Source: a virus
Taxonomy: Duplodnaviria; Caudoviricetes
Direction: 5' to 3' (one strand)
IMG/VR virus record: IMGVR_UViG_3300022752_000032
Coordinates: 39,450 to 103,449 of that record
DNA length: 64,000 nucleotides
How positions within the stretch are numbered: the first letter of the stretch is position 1; every line of letters starts with the position of its first letter. Shown in pieces: positions 54,472 through 63,203 of the stretch. The translations under genes and the position numbers were made by a program. The notes below the pieces were generated by a model. That model saw only the letters and a program-made list of their open reading frames with translations. It searched no databases and had not been told where the DNA came from.

Positions 54472-56247
54472 TTAAGCACTTTCACGCTCACCAATTCTTG
54501 TCATAACTGCTTGCGCTGACCTGCCAATAACTTCGGCAGTTTCAGCAGGTTGATTTATATTTAGAACAATCTCGGCGTAATCTCCACCAATATCTTTCGC
54601 ACTTCTGCCTTCATCAAAGGGCAACCATAAAACCGCAACGCCTGACGCTTTACATTTTTCCATAACTTCTCTTGCTCTTTTGTTTTCCTCAGGAGTGTAT
54701 TCGCCGTCAGAAACAATTACTAGAAGTCTTGCGCCAGTTCCGTGAAGTAAGTTTAGTGAGCCGTCTAGTGCTTGGAAGGCTTTCTGAAACTTTTCAGTTC
54801 CGTCCGAAGCAGAATAAACATTTACTTTACTTAATCTTTGTCCAGCAGATAAAGTTGGGAATACATCATTTCCGTAATAAACCATAGCGCAGTTTCCCTG
54901 AATACGATTTACTGCTTCACTCATTACCCACGCAGTTGTAGCCATTGGGTTCATAGCACTTCCCATAGAACCTGAAATATCAACCATTACACCAACATTA
55001 AGAGTTGGTTCGTCTGTGTGTTTGCGAACTGTTCTACGGAAAGGTTTTGCTTGTGCCATTTGTCCTCTAGCACGATAAGCAGTATTTTGGACAATAGCAC
55101 GAGAGCGAAGTCGTCCGGGTGGAACGGAACTAGAAACTTGTAATTCATCTCTCTCACGATACTTGGCTTTTTCTAACGCTTCACCAATAATTAAAGAAGC
55201 ACGCAATTCCTCAAAGGTAGGTTCTCTACTCTCAATTAAAGTGCTGTTAGTATCTGATTGACCCGGACCTGAACTCTTACTGAATACTTTCTGAGCCACC
55301 ACTTCATTTTCTTTCTGCTCATTAGCGTCAGAAGCCTTAGCCTTAACTTCCTCTTTCCAATCCTCAGATTGTTCTTGCTCGGCAAGTTCGCCAAAGTTAT
55401 TTAGTTCTACTGAACCACTTGCTTCTCCAAGTGCGCCCATGATTGCTTTAAGAAGTTCTTTAGGCATTTTCATACCTTCACCAGCGTTTTCATCTCCACG
55501 CTCTTTAGCAGTATCACGAACAATCTTTGCCCACTCTTTTGCTAGTGGATAAAGTTCTGTTGCGTCCCTGTGGTTATCATGAAGTTGTGCTTTACGAACT
55601 ACTTCTCTTAATTTAGAAATAACATCAAGACCAAGTTGCTTCTCAATAATTGTAGTTACATCTTTTACTTCATGTTCATCTAAGATACCAGCGTCAATAC
55701 GAGCATGAACAAGTCCAACAAGATTAGTTAGCGATTGCGTTTGTGTTTCATTTTCCATATCTTTTGTATCACCAATAACAATTTCCATAGCGCAAGAGCG
55801 AAGGAAGGCACGAGCCTTTGGATTAGCAACAACACCCTGATACTCAATACGACTTTCCTCTAATAAAATTAAGGCTTTGTATTCATCTTTTTCTAATTCC
55901 TCATACGCTTTAGGCATAGACCAACCTGAGAAGCGAGCATGAAAGGCTTCATGAATAATTGCGCCAGTTGCTTTAGGAAACTCATACTGAGTAGAGCGAT
56001 TAGAAATATCACCAATCTCTAGTGGAGTAACTCCTTTTCCGAAAGCGACATCAACATTTACTTCTACTTCTGCTGTCATTGGGTTGTAACACGCAGGCGC
56101 AGAGCCACCAGCACCCGGACCAACATAAGCAACCAAGTCCTCACGAAGCGACCATTTGTTTGCTAACTGCCCAACATCTCTACCAATCCCTAACCACTCT
56201 TTAGGTGTGGCTTCGGCACGAGTTTCACTCATTTTTATATGAGCCAT
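54472..56247 (-). CDS. HExxH metallopeptidase-like plus VWA domain protein (CobT-like MoxR partner)
   Basis: HEAFH, LEESRIE, MIDAS VDISGSM, IVSDG. Confidence 0.85.
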   Translation of the reverse strand: MAHIKMSETRAEATPKEWLGIGRDVGQLANKWSLREDLVAYVGPGAGGSAPACYNPMTAEVEVNVDVAFGKGVTPLEIGDISNRSTQYEFPKATGAIIHEAFHARFSGWSMPKAYEELEKDEYKALILLEESRIEYQGVVANPKARAFLRSCAMEIVIGDTKDMENETQTQSLTNLVGLVHARIDAGILDEHEVKDVTTIIEKQLGLDVISKLREVVRKAQLHDNHRDATELYPLAKEWAKIVRDTAKERGDENAGEGMKMPKELLKAIMGALGEASGSVELNNFGELAEQEQSEDWKEEVKAKASDANEQKENEVVAQKVFSKSSGPGQSDTNSTLIESREPTFEELRASLIIGEALEKAKYRERDELQVSSSVPPGRLRSRAIVQNTAYRARGQMAQAKPFRRTVRKHTDEPTLNVGVMVDISGSMGSAMNPMATTAWVMSEAVNRIQGNCAMVYYGNDVFPTLSAGQRLSKVNVYSASDGTEKFQKAFQALDGSLNLLHGTGARLLVIVSDGEYTPEENKRAREVMEKCKASGVAVLWLPFDEGRSAKDIGGDYAEIVLNINQPAETAEVIGRSAQAVMTRIGERESA

Positions 56248-56369
56248 TTTTACTACCCCCTTTGTTAATCTAATTATTGCATACTAGGTATTTATTGTCA
56301 AGTTAATAGGGGAGAGCGAGTTTCACCTAGAGAAACACGCTCTCGACCCTACCCAGCCAATCTAATAAA

Positions 56370-57422
56370 TTAGATTTTGGCAGGCTTTGCTTCTACCCCA
56401 TACGCTCGGGTTAGAACATCTGCGACTACTGCCCTATCGTCAGTTGGGGCTGACGCAATCATGTTGGCAATAGCAAACTCAGTTCCGAAAGTTGTTGCTA
56501 TATCACGAAAGGCGAGAAGTTCTCGCATTTGTGGCGACCAACTTATTCTTTCTTTATTCAGAACTTTGCGATACAAGTTTTGTGCGCAAGTTACCATTTG
56601 TGTTGGCACTCCTAAACTGCGAGCCAAGTTCCAATCAGTTGTCATTTCTGCTTGGACAACAAAGCGAGATAGTAATGCTTCGCTAAGTCTTACACCCGGA
56701 GCCTTTGGATTAGTTGCGGCAACTACATAAAAATCAGGGTGAGATTTTACTGTTCCTCTTTCAGGATTAGCAGTAATTGTTATCTCTCTTTTTCCGTCCA
56801 TAAGATTGTAAATAACTGAAAGAACCTTAGGGTCAATCAGACCAATCTCATCTATGAAATAAACTTCCCCATTTTCTGCTGACTTAACTAGGTCGCCATC
56901 AACCCACTCAAAGTTTCCACTTGGAGTTTGGACATAAGAACCAATTAGGTCGGCAACTTCTACATCACCATTTCCAAGTAGTGTGCGAACACCTTCGCCA
57001 AAAGAAGCCTCAACCAGCGCAGTTTTACCTGTTCCGGGAACTCCATAAAGCATGGCGAACATTGGTTGTCCAACACCAGTTAGAACTGATTGCTTTGTTG
57101 CTTCTCTTGCTTTGCGTAAAACTTCTACATCTTTGTTTTGACCCCATATACGAGCATGGTAGGCAGAACCATTAGGACGCAAGTAAATACTTTCGCCACC
57201 CAAAGCCTCAACACTCACGAGAGCGTCTGCCTTTGTTTTGCGTGCTTTTCTGTCAGAGCCAATCGCTCTCTCAACATAGCGTCCTTGCGGAAGCACATTG
57301 GTAGATAATTGCTTTGACGCATTTTCATTTACTCCTTGCGTTGCTACATCTATAATCATTTCCCAATAAGTCGGTGAAAGATTAGGACTTAGTTCTTTGT
57401 ATTTCTCTTTTAGAGTAGTCAT
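56370..57422 (-). CDS. MoxR/CobS-like AAA+ ATPase
   Basis: GVPGTGKT, FIDEI, AATNP, EALLSRF. Confidence 0.9.
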   Translation of the reverse strand: MTTLKEKYKELSPNLSPTYWEMIIDVATQGVNENASKQLSTNVLPQGRYVERAIGSDRKARKTKADALVSVEALGGESIYLRPNGSAYHARIWGQNKDVEVLRKAREATKQSVLTGVGQPMFAMLYGVPGTGKTALVEASFGEGVRTLLGNGDVEVADLIGSYVQTPSGNFEWVDGDLVKSAENGEVYFIDEIGLIDPKVLSVIYNLMDGKREITITANPERGTVKSHPDFYVVAATNPKAPGVRLSEALLSRFVVQAEMTTDWNLARSLGVPTQMVTCAQNLYRKVLNKERISWSPQMRELLAFRDIATTFGTEFAIANMIASAPTDDRAVVADVLTRAYGVEAKPAKI

Positions 57423-57440
57423 AGTTTATCCCCTTTCCCC

Positions 57441-57896
57441 TTATACCAATTCAGGAAAGGCGAGTGCTTTCCTAGAAATATGAATACGATAAATAACCTT
57501 GTTAGGTGTTTTGCTCTTACCAATATCATCTGCGTCATGACGAGAGATTTCAGTAAGGATAGGAGTTTTCTCCATAGTCCAACCATGAGAAATAAGGTTG
57601 TCAAAATAGGAAGTTGTATAGCGCATACGATTTTCCGTAAAATCATCTTTAGCACTATCAGGTAAGACTTGACTATTATCAATCAAATCTTTTACTTCTT
57701 TAGAGTTAATGGAAGTAGTTCTCCATTGTTTCTTAGGTGTCGCAGGTGTAACTATTCTGCGGTGGAAAGACATTGGAACTAGGCTTCCCGAAGTGTTATA
57801 TGCGTCAGGTGTTACAAGTATCTGCATGACTTGTCCCGGCTTTCGGAACTCGGCATACACCGCAACTCCCTGAACTTTCTTTTCTTTATCCAGCAT
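57441..57896 (-). CDS. Hypothetical protein
   Basis: 151 aa, GAAAGGA RBS. Confidence 0.7.
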   Translation of the reverse strand: MLDKEKKVQGVAVYAEFRKPGQVMQILVTPDAYNTSGSLVPMSFHRRIVTPATPKKQWRTTSINSKEVKDLIDNSQVLPDSAKDDFTENRMRYTTSYFDNLISHGWTMEKTPILTEISRHDADDIGKSKTPNKVIYRIHISRKALAFPELV

Positions 57897-57939
57897 TTCT
57901 TTTCCTTTCTAGGTTAAGGTTTCTTGCTAGGTGTAGTTA

Positions 57940-58341
57940 TTATTGCATACCTTTGACTATTTTGTCAAATTGCTCTTTTACCAGCGTTTCGTCTTGGCAG
58001 AAAGTTTCTAGGTTTATTTCCCCTAGAACATTTTCAGGATTACTTGTTTCCCGAATAGATACTTTTCCTTTATGCCACTCAACTACCTGAATTGTGTCGT
58101 AGTCAGGTGAGCAGAAAGTATTTACTGAGATGCCATGTCCCAAAGTATCGTTCCAACTATCACCAACAATTTGTGAAATACAAATACGAGTTGCGTAGTC
58201 GGCATCTGTCCAACGACTTTCTGATTTTTGTAAAGCATTTACTAGGATTTCTTTTTGTGCTTCTCCACCCCATTGGGAGTAGATATAAATTATTGGGTCG
58301 GCAGATTTTGCCTGAAACCCAACTACCATGCGGTCACCCAT
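57940..58341 (-). CDS. Hypothetical protein
   Basis: MGDR...YSQWGG...DYATRICISQ. Confidence 0.75.
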   Translation of the reverse strand: MGDRMVVGFQAKSADPIIYIYSQWGGEAQKEILVNALQKSESRWTDADYATRICISQIVGDSWNDTLGHGISVNTFCSPDYDTIQVVEWHKGKVSIRETSNPENVLGEINLETFCQDETLVKEQFDKIVKGMQ

Positions 58342-58383
58342 TTTATTTCCCCTTTTCTTTAGGCTTGATAGAACTTTATCAAA

Positions 58384-59046
58384 TTATTTTTCTTTTGTCA
58401 ATACCAGTTCTTGTTTGGCGTGGATTTCTATTGGCTTTAGATTTTCAGGACAATCTTGATAAAGGTCGCTAAAATCGCCATCAAAGTTTTCACATCTCCA
58501 GCAATCGCCATAATTGGCTTCTATTTCTTCGGCATGAGTTTCTGGTATGTCCCACTCTTTAATAACTTCAGCAGTAGAACCATTAAAAACAATCTCTCCA
58601 CCCCAACCCTGTTCTTCACGATATTCCAAGTTAATGTTTAGATTAGGATTTTGTTGTGCCAGTTTTTCTATTACTGGAGTTGGTGGCGACCAAGCAGTAT
58701 CAAACTTATAGCGAAGACATGTTTCATGTTCTTCTGTAAGTTCTACATCACGAGCATCCCACTTAGTTCCCCACTCACGAACATTAAAGTTATACCAGTT
58801 GTATTCAGTATCGCCTGTTTTTTCTCCATTGGCGTATCCATGAACAGCGTGATACTCATCTAACTTATCTTCTGGTGGTGGAAGTATGTTCATAAAAGAA
58901 AAGATAGGTTCTCTATCTACTTCTTCATTTATCTCATCTGCGCTTTTATATTTTGTTTTGACAGTTGCGCCAACCTGCGCTTTTAATTTTGCTATGTCTT
59001 CTTTAGAACCTTCTACTGTTAAATAGTTATATACCCAGTTAGGCAT
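58384..59046 (-). CDS. DUF1281/Api92-like ferredoxin-fold protein
   Basis: MPNW, WYNFNVREWGTKWD, FDTAWSPP. Confidence 0.85.
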   Translation of the reverse strand: MPNWVYNYLTVEGSKEDIAKLKAQVGATVKTKYKSADEINEEVDREPIFSFMNILPPPEDKLDEYHAVHGYANGEKTGDTEYNWYNFNVREWGTKWDARDVELTEEHETCLRYKFDTAWSPPTPVIEKLAQQNPNLNINLEYREEQGWGGEIVFNGSTAEVIKEWDIPETHAEEIEANYGDCWRCENFDGDFSDLYQDCPENLKPIEIHAKQELVLTKEK

Positions 59047-59305
59047 TTTTCCTCCCTAATAAATTTTCACGAAACTCAGGTAAAGTAAAATCAGGAAGTC
59101 CAAATAAAAATCCGCCATCATTACCTTCAGGGTCTTTAGAAACTTCCATCTCTATAATTTCCCCTGTTGAGAGTTTTACTAGAAACTGTGGAAAACCAGT
59201 TCCACCAAACTCTTCAGGAACAGTGCCAAGAAAACGAATAATCTTTGCCCCATTTAGAGCAGAGTAATATCCTTCGTTCCAGCGTTCTTGTATATCGTCT
59301 TTCAT
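59039..59305 (-). CDS. Hypothetical protein
   Basis: DPEGNDGGFL motif; AAGGGGG RBS. Confidence 0.7.
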   Translation of the reverse strand: MKDDIQERWNEGYYSALNGAKIIRFLGTVPEEFGGTGFPQFLVKLSTGEIIEMEVSKDPEGNDGGFLFGLPDFTLPEFRENLLGRKNA

Positions 59306-59394
59306 ATTTCCCCCTTATTATTTTGTAGTCCGTGTTCGCAAGTAGCGGACTAACCCACCCTCACAAATCGCTCATATAAGCGGTGCGAAACGAC

Positions 59395-59423
59395 ATCATA
59401 TAAGAACCGCATCTTTTTGTCAA
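59395..59423 (-). promoter_or_regulatory. Sigma-A-like promoter
   Basis: TTGACA-17-TATGAT. Confidence 0.75.
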
Positions 59424-59726
59424 ACACCCTTGCCACTCGTTCAGATGACAAACGCTGGAATAGCACCACATCACAATAACTTCGGCATCTGCTCAGTTAA
59501 ATTAGCAGCGGCAATTTTTTACTTTTTGCTTGCCCGCTGAGCCTGTTTTTTACTTTTTGCTAAGGAGTCTTCCAACTTGCGGAGTAGTGTATGAACAACT
59601 TTTATAGATGCATTTTACATTTTTTTTGTCTAGGAAGAATGGGGGGTCTTTTTGAAAATACAAAAGGCGTGCCTTTGCCGCATTTCTATACGGGCTTAAA
59701 AGACACGCCTAAGTAAGTTGAGAGTA

Positions 59727-60113
59727 TTACACAGTTGCTCTAGTTTTCCAACCCTCGCCAGTTATTTTTATATTGAATACCGCTTCAAAGGCGGTAGCAA
59801 CAAAGTCCGTTATATCTACCCACTTATCCGTTTCGCCCCAGAGCGAGCCAGCATTAGGGATATTAGGTAGATCCGCATCCGTTGTGTAATCACCAAGCAC
59901 TACAACCCTGTCGCCAGCCCAGCGACCTGAGATGCCTGTTTCGGGTAAATCTCCCCCGCCTCGGTTTGGAGAAGTCATGGTTAAAATATACTGAGCATCT
60001 GCTAGTGAAGCAGTTCCCCCGATATGTTCCCATTGCTTTAATCCCATGCCGAGCCCGTGTGGTGTTACAACTTCTTTTTTGTCTAGGTTTACTAGAACAT
60101 GATATTGACCCAT
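59727..60113 (-). CDS. Hypothetical protein
   Basis: MGQY...NLDKKE...GRWAGDRVVVLGDY. Confidence 0.75.
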   Translation of the reverse strand: MGQYHVLVNLDKKEVVTPHGLGMGLKQWEHIGGTASLADAQYILTMTSPNRGGGDLPETGISGRWAGDRVVVLGDYTTDADLPNIPNAGSLWGETDKWVDITDFVATAFEAVFNIKITGEGWKTRATV

Positions 60114-60117
60114 TTTA

Positions 60118-60273
60118 TTATTGCCCCTTTTCTGTCGTAGAAACTACATCAAAGTTTGAATATATTTCATCTATAGAGTTCTCTAAAGAATCTATAAATA
60201 GGCTTAGTTGATTGTCATCTAACTTAGCGACCATGTCTTGTGTAATGGTATGTTGCCAAATTGCTTGACTCAT
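60118..60273 (-). CDS. 51-aa hypothetical protein
   Basis: Manual ORF MSQAIWQHTIT...; GAGGAG RBS. Confidence 0.6.
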   Translation of the reverse strand: MSQAIWQHTITQDMVAKLDDNQLSLFIDSLENSIDEIYSNFDVVSTTEKGQ

Positions 60274-60276
60274 TAC

Positions 60277-60408
60277 TTAATCTCCTCTAATTTCAATTGC
60301 TTCAATATAGGCTTCTAACTCCTCATTAAACATTTGATCACAATTAAAGCAAGTTCTAGCCTTTGTAGATAATCGATAACCGCATTCACAAATTACTGTT
60401 TGACCCAT
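60277..60408 (-). CDS. 43-aa CxC...CxxC microprotein
   Basis: Manual ORF MGQTVICECG...TCFNC; flanked by direct repeats. Confidence 0.6.
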   Translation of the reverse strand: MGQTVICECGYRLSTKARTCFNCDQMFNEELEAYIEAIEIRGD

Positions 60409-60584
60409 TACTTAATCTCCTCTAGTGAGATTTGTAAGTTTGATGTTGAGTATTCCTCATCATCTCCCTCACTTGTAATAGGTTCTTCAATTTGTGGTGC
60501 TACATGCCCTATTAAATTATCTTGCTCGTCAGATGAAAGTTCTTTATCTGTCTCGAAAGAAATCAGCATTTGATACTTAGCCAT
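60408..60584 (-). CDS. 58-aa acidic protein
   Basis: Manual ORF MAKYQMLISFETDKEL...; AAAGGGG RBS. Confidence 0.6.
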   Translation of the reverse strand: MAKYQMLISFETDKELSSDEQDNLIGHVAPQIEEPITSEGDDEEYSTSNLQISLEEIK

Positions 60585-60623
60585 TTGGCTACCCCTTTCT
60601 AGTTATCTTTATCTTAACAGTTT

Positions 60624-61547
60624 TTAACTGTTTGTCAAGTTAAACTGCTTAGGATAAAAGAGTGTCGTAGTTTTGTAAGCATTGACTAGAGAAGCATTAA
60701 CGCTAGCCAAAACCGCAGTTAGGTTTTCACCCGCAGATAATCTTTTAGTTAGGTAAGTAGCAAAAGCCACAGTTGAGTTAGAAGTTCCAAAAGAAACCTT
60801 TTTATTATCTGAAAGATCAGATGTTGTGTATTTACCATTTACAAAATAATCAACATCAGAGTTGTAGTTAGAAATAGCCATAATTGGATACACCCAACCT
60901 GACACCTCTTTCATGGCATACCTATCCTCAGTTGCGCCCACCGCAATCGCTTGTGGGATACAAGCAGGGTAGTCAATCTTGGTAGAGCCACCATTACCAA
61001 CCGCAATAGCAACAGGTATTCCTGAAGCCATTAAGTTAGTAATTTGTGTTTGTAGGTTTCCAACTATCGGACACTCAGTTGATTTGTAAGAGTTACCTAG
61101 CGAAATAGAAACCGCACCAACATTTAGTCGTGCCTTATTTGCTTCCACATAATCTAACGCCCAAGAAATTGCTTTGGCTGTGTAAGGATTAGGAACGCCC
61201 TTAGCAGTCATACCAGCAACTCGGATAGAAACAATTTTTACATTTGGATCAACCGCAACCGCAACTGAAGCCATTTGAGTTCCATGACTAAATGAACCAG
61301 CAGTTGTCATAGCAGGAGTAATCTTTGATGCACCAGCACCAATCATTTGTGAGAAGCCATTTGGACATCTATTAAACTCAACGAAGCATGCCTCATCTAT
61401 GACCGCACTTTTAGCCCAAGCCAAATCTGTATTTATGCCTGAGTCAATAATTACTAAAGTTTTTTCTCCAACTGCACTCGCAGTTTGAGTTGGAAGTAGA
61501 GTTGCTGATATCGCAACTACTATAAGTATAATTTTATTTTTTGTCAT
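60624..61547 (-). CDS. Secreted subtilisin-like (S8) serine protease
   Basis: Signal peptide ending ASA; IIDSG, HGTQM, AVGN, GTS triad motifs. Confidence 0.9.
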   Translation of the reverse strand: MTKNKIILIVVAISATLLPTQTASAVGEKTLVIIDSGINTDLAWAKSAVIDEACFVEFNRCPNGFSQMIGAGASKITPAMTTAGSFSHGTQMASVAVAVDPNVKIVSIRVAGMTAKGVPNPYTAKAISWALDYVEANKARLNVGAVSISLGNSYKSTECPIVGNLQTQITNLMASGIPVAIAVGNGGSTKIDYPACIPQAIAVGATEDRYAMKEVSGWVYPIMAISNYNSDVDYFVNGKYTTSDLSDNKKVSFGTSNSTVAFATYLTKRLSAGENLTAVLASVNASLVNAYKTTTLFYPKQFNLTNS

Positions 61548-61723
61548 TTGCTTAATACCAATCTTTGTCCTAGTCCTAATCCCAGCCCCTTGCCAAGACT
61601 TTCAAAACAAGACTGACACATATTTGCCCACGCTGAGCCAAGTATTGTCTGTCCATCATAATTTGCAACCTGTCCGCAAAAATCGCAGTTAGGTAAATTA
61701 GCCACCCTTACTTCCTTAGACAT
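61544..61723 (-). CDS. 59-aa Zn-finger protein
   Basis: Manual ORF ...CDFC...YDG...WANMCQSC...GLGLGLGQ. Confidence 0.7.
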   Translation of the reverse strand: MSKEVRVANLPNCDFCGQVANYDGQTILGSAWANMCQSCFESLGKGLGLGLGQRLVLSK

Positions 61724-62033
61724 TTAGTTCCCTTGCGCTATCTGCCATTGCTTTGGCATCAACTAGATTATTCCAGTCTTCATCTCTAATGTCAAGTAAG
61801 AATTCCATTGGTTCAGAACTTCCACCAACACTAGCCAGCACAGACGCTCTGTGATGAATGATGTCTTTGTTCGTATGACCTTTGTGGTCTTGGACAACCA
61901 TTTCTAAAACATGGATGCCATTAGTACTGAAGTTGTGCGACTTCTCGGGATACTGATTGAAGTTGAGCATTTTTGCGGTATCGATCAGCCTTTTTAGAGT
62001 TTTCGAGTTTACTGCTTTGTATTCGTTTGTCAT
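61716..62033 (-). CDS. Hypothetical protein, possibly leaderless mRNA
   Basis: TTGACA-18-TATAAT (62040-62069) ends 6 nt before the ATG. Confidence 0.7.
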   Translation of the reverse strand: MTNEYKAVNSKTLKRLIDTAKMLNFNQYPEKSHNFSTNGIHVLEMVVQDHKGHTNKDIIHHRASVLASVGGSSEPMEFLLDIRDEDWNNLVDAKAMADSARELNV

Positions 62034-62209
62034 AGAAATATTATAATCACACGATCAAACGTTTGTCAAATCAATCTTCGATACGGCATTTCTCGTGTTC
62101 ATTCATACAACAGACACAATAGTTCTCATGACCATCATGGGTGCAACATCTATCAGGATCTGCTTTATCTAAACGATTATTTATCCAGCGATTTAATGTG
62201 TCAGCGATT

Positions 62210-62623
62210 CTATGATCCGACTCGGACGGGATTAATAGTTGTTTCTGTATCTGATTCACTTTGTACGCTATGTACCCAAGAAGTAGCATCCGCTTTAATC
62301 CCCGCTTTCTCTGCTCTGTCAATTGATCTCTTAAACTTAACAATAACCATCCGTTCGTCTTCTGTCAAGCCACCCCACACACCGAAGTTCTCGGGCACCG
62401 CTAATGCGTGCTCTAAGCACTCCGTCTTGATAGGGCATGCCGTACATATTTTTTTAGCGGCACTCTCCCGTGCCTGCTTCTCAACACCGCGAAGCATGTC
62501 ATCATTAAAGAACACCGTCGCGTCCACGCCGTTACTTTTGCACAGCGCTTTATCTTGCCAGGACCAGTTACGGGCAGACGGCACTAATGCATCGTTCGGA
62601 TTGAAGACGGGTTCCATAGGCAT
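62210..62623 (-). CDS. whiB: WhiB-family transcriptional regulator
   Basis: WQDKALC...FF...AKKICTACPIKTECLEHAL...GVWGGLTEDER (4 Cys and GVWGG). Confidence 0.93.
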   Translation of the reverse strand: MPMEPVFNPNDALVPSARNWSWQDKALCKSNGVDATVFFNDDMLRGVEKQARESAAKKICTACPIKTECLEHALAVPENFGVWGGLTEDERMVIVKFKRSIDRAEKAGIKADATSWVHSVQSESDTETTINPVRVGS

Positions 62624-63062
62624 GCCGTTATGGTAGCAATGGCTCAAGCCGTTTGTCAACAACCGCTGTACCAAGCCGCTTGCCGATTAAATAACATCTA
62701 AACAATTTTCTGTTTTTAACTTTTGGCAGTGCTGCCAAAAGCTACCCTACCAGTACTGTCAAGCCGTCGAGCCCGTTGAGCTAACCAGGTAGAGATGTAA
62801 ACAACTTCTGTAGATTGTCCTCACAGCTGCTGTACCAGGCCGCTTTTTTACTTTTTGCTATCCAGAGCTCCGCCGAGCTAGAAAGATGAGAACAATTTCT
62901 TGATGTGCGGCTTCTATTTAATTTTCTGAGCGTGGAGCTCCAGGAAGAACCCGCATTTGCACACTACGAACAACTTTAGTTTCTACAGCCGCAGATCTCC
63001 AGACCGTAGCATCTATACACAGTTAGAATTAAGGCTGTACGAATCCGTTGAATCCCTGACGC

Positions 63063-63173
63063 TTAGACATCCTCTTCCGTTTGCGTTTTACATCTATGAG
63101 CACCGTCTAACTCTGCACTCTCGTACGACTCCTTACAGAAGTAGCACACCGTCACTATCCGTTCCATGTCCAC
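63063..63173 (-). CDS. 36-aa CxxC...HxC microprotein
   Basis: Manual ORF ...MERIVTVCYFCKESYESAELDGAHRCK; AGGAGG RBS. Confidence 0.6.
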   Translation of the reverse strand: MDMERIVTVCYFCKESYESAELDGAHRCKTQTEEDV

Positions 63174-63203
63174 AGCGTTACCTCCTATACCCCATGCCGC
63201 TTT

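Noticed and set aside
60700-61410. Frequent ACCGCA in the subtilisin gene
   Set aside because: Mostly explained by GCG-GTN (Ala-Val) codon pairs on the coding strand.
62071-62343. Cys/His-rich ORF overlapping the whiB 3' end
   Set aside because: The 3' half may be a real microprotein, but every available start overlaps whiB substantially, so boundaries cannot be supported.
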